Assembly (NCBI GenBank): GCA_026389675.1
Contig: JAPLHJ010000188.1
Location: 1 to 26,087, forward strand
Length of the DNA stretch: 26,087 nucleotides
Origin: Chloroflexota bacterium
Lineage (GTDB): Bacteria > Chloroflexota > Dehalococcoidia > GIF9 > UBA5629
Direction of reading: 5' to 3'
Part shown: piece after piece, positions 25,378 to 26,087 of the stretch
How the letters are laid out: each line of letters opens with the position of its first letter
How positions within the stretch are numbered: the stretch's first letter is position 1
The notes under the pieces: model-generated
The model's input: only the letters and a program-made list of their open reading frames with translations
Databases searched by the model: none
What the model was told of the DNA's origin: nothing
Program-made: the position numbers and the translations under genes

Positions 25378-26087
25378 GTGGCAAGATCATTTCAGCTGGA
25401 TCATGTCCGGAATATCGGCATCATCGCTCATATCGATGCCGGTAAAACCACGACCACTGAGCGGATACTTTTCTATACGGGCAGGACATATAAAGTCGGA
25501 GAGGTGCATGACGGCACTGCTGTCATGGACTGGATGGTGCAGGAAAGGGAACGCGGCATCACCATAACCTCCGCGGCTACCACCTGTCACTGGAACGAAA
25601 GACGGATTAATATTATTGATACCCCGGGCCATGTAGATTTCACAGCTGAAGTGGAACGCAGCCTGCGTGTGCTGGACGGCGGAGTGGTGGTGCTGGATGC
25701 GGTAGCCGGCGTCGAAGCGCAGTCTGAAACCGTTTGGCGGCAGGCCGATAAGTACGGCGTGCCGCGGATATGCTTCATCAACAAGATGGACAGGGTGGGC
25801 GCAGATTATGAGCGTACCATCGGCATGATAGAAGAGCGCCTTAAGGCCAAAACCGTAATGATACAGTTGCCGATCGGCAAGGAGAGCCTTTTCAGTGGTG
25901 TGGTTGACCTTGTGAGAAAAAAGGCCTGGTCTTTTCCCGATGAGGTAACCGAAGACCCGGCGGAAATCGAAATACCGCTGGATTTGAGAGAAATGGTAGA
26001 ACAGGCCAGGCACGATATGATCGAGAAGCTGGCGGAACAAGACGACCAGCTTATGCTCAAATATGTCGATAACGGCGAAATAAGTGA
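25378..26087 (+). CDS. fusA: Elongation factor G, 5' part (runs off the right edge); alternative in-frame ATG at 25321
   Basis: Manual translation from GTG 25378: [34 protein letters not shown]...[13 protein letters not shown]...[25 protein letters not shown]...NKMD. Located in the canonical rpsL-rpsG-fusA order. Confidence 0.98.
   Translation, partial: MARSFQLDHVRNIGIIAHIDAGKTTTTERILFYTGRTYKVGEVHDGTAVMDWMVQERERGITITSAATTCHWNERRINIIDTPGHVDFTAEVERSLRVLDGGVVVLDAVAGVEAQSETVWRQADKYGVPRICFINKMDRVGADYERTIGMIEERLKAKTVMIQLPIGKESLFSGVVDLVRKKAWSFPDEVTEDPAEIEIPLDLREMVEQARHDMIEKLAEQDDQLMLKYVDNGEIS

Noticed and set aside
544-26060. Numerous antisense or alternate-frame ORFs in the track (e.g. 2436-2966, 3964-4908, 10432-11130, 16796-17509, 25387-26040)
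   Set aside because: They lie wholly over well-supported genes in GC-rich DNA and show no recognisable motifs; treated as shadow ORFs.
1-26087. CRISPR array, rRNA, prophage or intact IS
   Set aside because: No regularly spaced repeat-spacer array, rRNA-like sequence, phage structural gene or transposase/integrase motif was found by eye.

Overview
Chromosomal window from a moderately GC-rich bacterium. Gene style and order (dnaA/fmt divergent, mazG, apgM-lysC, nifU, TPR-gyrA, TIGR03960-like radical SAM, long-form S12) suggest Chloroflexota, probably Dehalococcoidia; this is an inference. The left part (1-9559) is housekeeping: the 5' end of dnaA (minus strand, absent from the ORF track), fmt, a Zn peptidase, mazG, tRNA-Pro(CGG), an iPGM-like gene coupled to aspartate kinase, nifU, a TPR protein and gyrA. 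The middle (~9560-19090) looks accessory: hydrolases, an S2P-CBS protease, USP, REP-like palindromes, a hicAB-type toxin-antitoxin pair abutting a truncated gene remnant, a Zn-ribbon/TPR protein, two tandem paralogous Cys/His-finger membrane proteins upstream of rmuC, a frameshifted hydrolase, and a ~1.27 kb AT-rich, transposase-less cassette bounded by 32-bp inverted repeats (30/32 identical) carrying a ferritin-like gene. The right part holds rplY, a radical SAM gene, a PAS/GAF sensor with no output domain, and rpsL-rpsG-fusA (fusA truncated by the window edge and absent from the ORF track). No CRISPR array, rRNA, integrase or intact transposase was seen. All family calls are from motif recognition by eye; no database searches were run.
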